Shown piece by piece: positions 60,764-64,000 of a stretch of 64,000 nt of DNA. Position numbers and translations under genes: made by a program. This DNA is from Candidatus Woesearchaeota archaeon. Its GTDB lineage: Archaea > Nanobdellota > Nanobdellia > Woesearchaeales > DSVV01. The first letter of the stretch is position 1. The number at the start of each line of letters is the position of its first letter. The stretch covers positions 601-64,600 of the forward strand of contig JABJHR010000003.1 of the NCBI GenBank assembly GCA_018661705.1, in the 5' to 3' direction. A model generated the notes under the pieces. The model did no database searches and was not told the DNA's origin. It saw only the letters and a list, made by a program, of their open reading frames with translations.

Positions 60764-62065
60764 TTATTTTTTCTTTGGTTCATCAACAGTTTCTTTAGAC
60801 TCATTTTTTGGCTTCTTTTTTTTAGTAGAAACTTTAGCATTATCGCCTTTCCAATACTTTGTCAAGAGATCAACTAATTGGTGCGTATCCATCAAATAAT
60901 TTCCTTGAATATTATAGGTTCTATTTGCTTTTTCCTTTTTTTCAGAGTATGTTATTTGTATCTTAAGCTCTCCTTTTTCATGAATATGTCCGTATGAAAA
61001 CCATTTAGTGGTTATACCTTTAACAGATGCCCAAGGAACAACATATACAATATCAAAAACTCTTTCAATAATACCATCCATTGTTACAATCAAAACTTGT
61101 CTTTGTGTTTTAATTATATTAACTAAACTAATAACAATCAATGCCATTGCCCCAATTGCCAGTACAGAGAACAAAACAATAAGGAATACTTTAAAATTAA
61201 TATTAAAACTAATATCCCCTAGCCCTAAAAAAGGTGTTAGGCCCACTAATTCTAAGATACTCATAGTAAATCCAAACAAGAATACAAATGATAACACAAT
61301 TGCAAAAATCTTCCAAAAATAACCTTTTTTAGATTCAAAATAAAGTGTTTTATCATTTCCATCTTTATTTTTAACAAATTTTAAAATGTTTTCTGGTAAC
61401 ATTTTGTTATGAATAGATAATCCTAAAACAATTGGCCAGGATTTTAATTTTGTTTCAACTTCTTTTGTTTCTACATCTTCTGCTTTTGTTTCTTCAATCA
61501 CAACATAATCAGATAAATAATCCTGAATCTTGTTAAAATGATTAGAAAAAAAGTCAGGAATATTAAAAGATTTAATTCCTTTTTTAAATTTAAACAATAA
61601 TTTAATGGATGTTACAAAATTATCAGTTTCTCTTCGCTTAGAACTATAATTAGTAATAGAACTCCAAGGTATAAATGAAGCTTTTTGATTTTTACGTATT
61701 ACAAAAAATTCTGGCGTCACTAACATAAAGAATTTTTCATGTTTAAAATGAGCACATAAACCATGTAAAGATTGCCAAAAGAAAAATATTACAAATAGTA
61801 ACAACAATAATACCACAATAGGAAATACTGTTAAAGAAAAGATATAATCAGGATAAGATTTAATTTGAGATAAAGTTAGTATTACAATAGAAACTAATAA
61901 TAGAAGTGCAAAAATTCCTGCAAAGATTTTGAGCACAAGTGCCCCTTTTTTTAAGGGCTTTGAATAAAACACATTTTCCTTTTCAGTAACATTTTCAACC
62001 ATATCCTTCAAATTATCAGGTAAATTCTTAATTTTCTTATTCAGATATAGATTATTTTCTACCAT
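60764..62065 (-). CDS. Membrane protein with two (2TM + PH-like) units
   Basis: Duplicated LP.N..., two TM helices, LVT, (I/V)PW.S(I/V). Confidence 0.65.
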   Translation of the reverse strand: MVENNLYLNKKIKNLPDNLKDMVENVTEKENVFYSKPLKKGALVLKIFAGIFALLLLVSIVILTLSQIKSYPDYIFSLTVFPIVVLLLLLFVIFFFWQSLHGLCAHFKHEKFFMLVTPEFFVIRKNQKASFIPWSSITNYSSKRRETDNFVTSIKLLFKFKKGIKSFNIPDFFSNHFNKIQDYLSDYVVIEETKAEDVETKEVETKLKSWPIVLGLSIHNKMLPENILKFVKNKDGNDKTLYFESKKGYFWKIFAIVLSFVFLFGFTMSILELVGLTPFLGLGDISFNINFKVFLIVLFSVLAIGAMALIVISLVNIIKTQRQVLIVTMDGIIERVFDIVYVVPWASVKGITTKWFSYGHIHEKGELKIQITYSEKKEKANRTYNIQGNYLMDTHQLVDLLTKYWKGDNAKVSTKKKKPKNESKETVDEPKKK

Positions 62066-62113
62066 ATATTAGTAAGAGACTAACTGGTTTATATATTTTA
62101 TTTATTTAATACA

Positions 62114-63016
62114 CTATTGGCCCTGGTTCAGTTCATTAATCAATTCCTTAAGTGCATTAACAGCAGCCCCAACATAATCATCTGTACCTTGTTTTAGGTA
62201 TGCAAAGTTAATTCCAGAACTAGAATTAATCCTATGTAATGCAAGTTCATTTCCTGTGTTTTTAAGAGCTTCTACAACCTCCTTTGCACTACCTCCTTGG
62301 GCACCTACGCCCGGAATTAATAATGGAATTTCTTTGCCAGAATCAACAAAAAATTTACTAATTTGTTCTAATTCTTTAATATAAGTAGCACCCACAACAG
62401 CTCCAATTCCCAGTTTATACCAATCTCCTGCTAATTTTTCTGCTGTTTTCATATAAATCGTGGTCCCATCTTCTGTTTTTAGATTTTGTAAATCAACTGC
62501 CCCATTATTAGAGGTTCTACACAAAATATAAACTCCTTTCCCATTTTCTACATTCTCTCCAGAGTAATTATCACAATATTTAGTAAAGGGTCCAACTGAA
62601 TCTGCCCCCATATATGGTGCAATAGTAATTGCATCTGCTTTCCAAACTTCAAATAATGCTTTTGCATAAGCTTTACTTGTCTTTCCAATATCTCCACGCT
62701 TTGCATCTAAAAGTACTGGTATTTCTAATTCTTTACATTTGTCCATGATTTCTTTCAAAGCTTTTAGACCTTCAAAACCATATTGTTCATAAAAAGCAAT
62801 ATTTGGCTTAACAATTGCTGGAATAACTCCCTCTTTAACAAAACCTTCTAGCATTGTAACGTAAAATTTAGCAATTGCTTTTCCTGGTTCTGATTTTTTA
62901 TTAACAAATTCTTCACAACCTTCAGAAGGAATCTTTTCTAAAACAGGATCTAGGCCTACGCACACAATATTTCCTACTTTTTCTGCTCTTTTTCTTAATT
63001 GTTCAATATAATTCAT
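62114..63016 (-). CDS. pyrF: Orotidine-5'-phosphate decarboxylase
   Basis: CVGLDP, DAKRGDIG, GAVVGAT, PGVGAQGG. Confidence 0.95.
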   Translation of the reverse strand: MNYIEQLRKRAEKVGNIVCVGLDPVLEKIPSEGCEEFVNKKSEPGKAIAKFYVTMLEGFVKEGVIPAIVKPNIAFYEQYGFEGLKALKEIMDKCKELEIPVLLDAKRGDIGKTSKAYAKALFEVWKADAITIAPYMGADSVGPFTKYCDNYSGENVENGKGVYILCRTSNNGAVDLQNLKTEDGTTIYMKTAEKLAGDWYKLGIGAVVGATYIKELEQISKFFVDSGKEIPLLIPGVGAQGGSAKEVVEALKNTGNELALHRINSSSGINFAYLKQGTDDYVGAAVNALKELINELNQGQ

Positions 63017-63034
63017 GATTTCACCACACAAAGT

Positions 63035-63724
63035 CTATTCAAATTTTAATTCTCTTAATCCATGCTTTTCAAATCCTGATTCTACTTGTTTTAGTACTTC
63101 TTCACTAGGATTAAATTTAATCTTAGCCATTGGTAGCAAAAAGATACTATCACTCATAGCATAGTAAGGAACACCTAATTCATTAACTGCTTCTTCAACA
63201 CTTTTTCCATCATCTCTTTTTTCCATTCTATTAACAATCCCAATTGCTCCAACAATTTCAACATTAACTTCCTTTAATTGTTTAATTGTTTTTATTAAAG
63301 AACCGCCAGTTGTTGTAACATCTTCCAATACCAAAACCTTATCTCCTTCTTTAACTTCCCCTATAAAATATTTATCTTTAGGAGCACCATATTCCTTTAT
63401 TCTTCCTCTACCAATAACAATTCTTTGTTCTGGTCTTTCCATCCCTAGTTTATAATTAACAATAACTGCTAATTTAGTAGCTCCTTCAGGAACCCCATAA
63501 ACATAATCAAAATCTAGATCCTCTGATTTAATAAAGTTAAGAACGTACTGTGCAGATTTATCTAATAATTGAAAAGTATTAGACAAATATCTACAATTAG
63601 CATACCAATAACTTTGTCGTCCTGATTTTAAAGTAATTGGTGTATCAAAAAATCCAACAACATTACTTTCAATAATAAATTTGTTAAATTCATCTTCATT
63701 AAATATAATATTTTCATTAGACAT
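63035..63724 (-). CDS. pyrE: Orotate phosphoribosyltransferase
   Basis: TLKSGRQS, LEDVTTTGGS; lies between pyrC and pyrF. Confidence 0.9.
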   Translation of the reverse strand: MSNENIIFNEDEFNKFIIESNVVGFFDTPITLKSGRQSYWYANCRYLSNTFQLLDKSAQYVLNFIKSEDLDFDYVYGVPEGATKLAVIVNYKLGMERPEQRIVIGRGRIKEYGAPKDKYFIGEVKEGDKVLVLEDVTTTGGSLIKTIKQLKEVNVEIVGAIGIVNRMEKRDDGKSVEEAVNELGVPYYAMSDSIFLLPMAKIKFNPSEEVLKQVESGFEKHGLRELKFE

Positions 63725-64000
63725 TGTAATTTACCTCCTCCCCATAATAATTTGTTTTTAATACTACTTCACCAAGATTATAATCATAAACAACATTACC
63801 ATTAACAATAGTCATAATTGGCCAACCTTTTAATTTTTTACCTGCAAAAGGCGACCATTTACATTTTGTAAAAAGTTTATCATTATCAACAACCCTTTCC
63901 ATTCCAATATCAATGATAACAAGATCTGCATCATAACCTTCTTTAATAAAACCTTTATTTTTTATTCCAAATATTTTTGCAGGGTTTTCACAACATAATT
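63717..64000 (-). CDS. pyrC: Dihydroorotase, C-terminal part (5'-truncated by window)
   Basis: NPAKIFG..NKGFIKEGYDADLVI, TKCKWSPFAG..LKGWP.MTIVNG. Confidence 0.9.
   Translation of the reverse strand, partial: LCCENPAKIFGIKNKGFIKEGYDADLVIIDIGMERVVDNDKLFTKCKWSPFAGKKLKGWPIMTIVNGNVVYDYNLGEVVLKTNYYGEEVNYNV

Overview
This is an AT-rich archaeal chromosome segment, most likely from a DPANN lineage resembling Woesearchaeota. The placement is inferred from archaeal RadA, PCNA, DnaG, Rio1, Tyw1 and RPA occurring with GyrA, ScpB, RNase J, TldD/E and a pyrC-pyrE-pyrF run. No rRNA, tRNA, CRISPR array or transposase was recognised. The main find is a 13 kb co-directional locus (44.9-58.0 kb). It has ten consecutive genes with type IV pilin-like (class III) signal peptides and three proteins with bacterial cell-wall enzyme domains: a MepA-type endopeptidase with intact motifs, a degenerate Amidase_3-like domain, and a 1280-aa protein fusing metallophosphoesterase, lytic transglycosylase, NAGPA and SGNH domains. 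This suggests a pilus-associated apparatus for binding and opening bacterial peptidoglycan. Other notable items are an outer-membrane beta-barrel-like protein, a highly structured dnaG leader with a crossing helix and a short upstream ORF, a shared TTCNGAA-like element near radA and a lamin-tail gene, a giant Gly-rich repeat surface protein missing from the ORF track, tandem pseudo-HIT proteins and several small ORFs. All assignments come from reading motifs by eye; no searches or folding programs were run.
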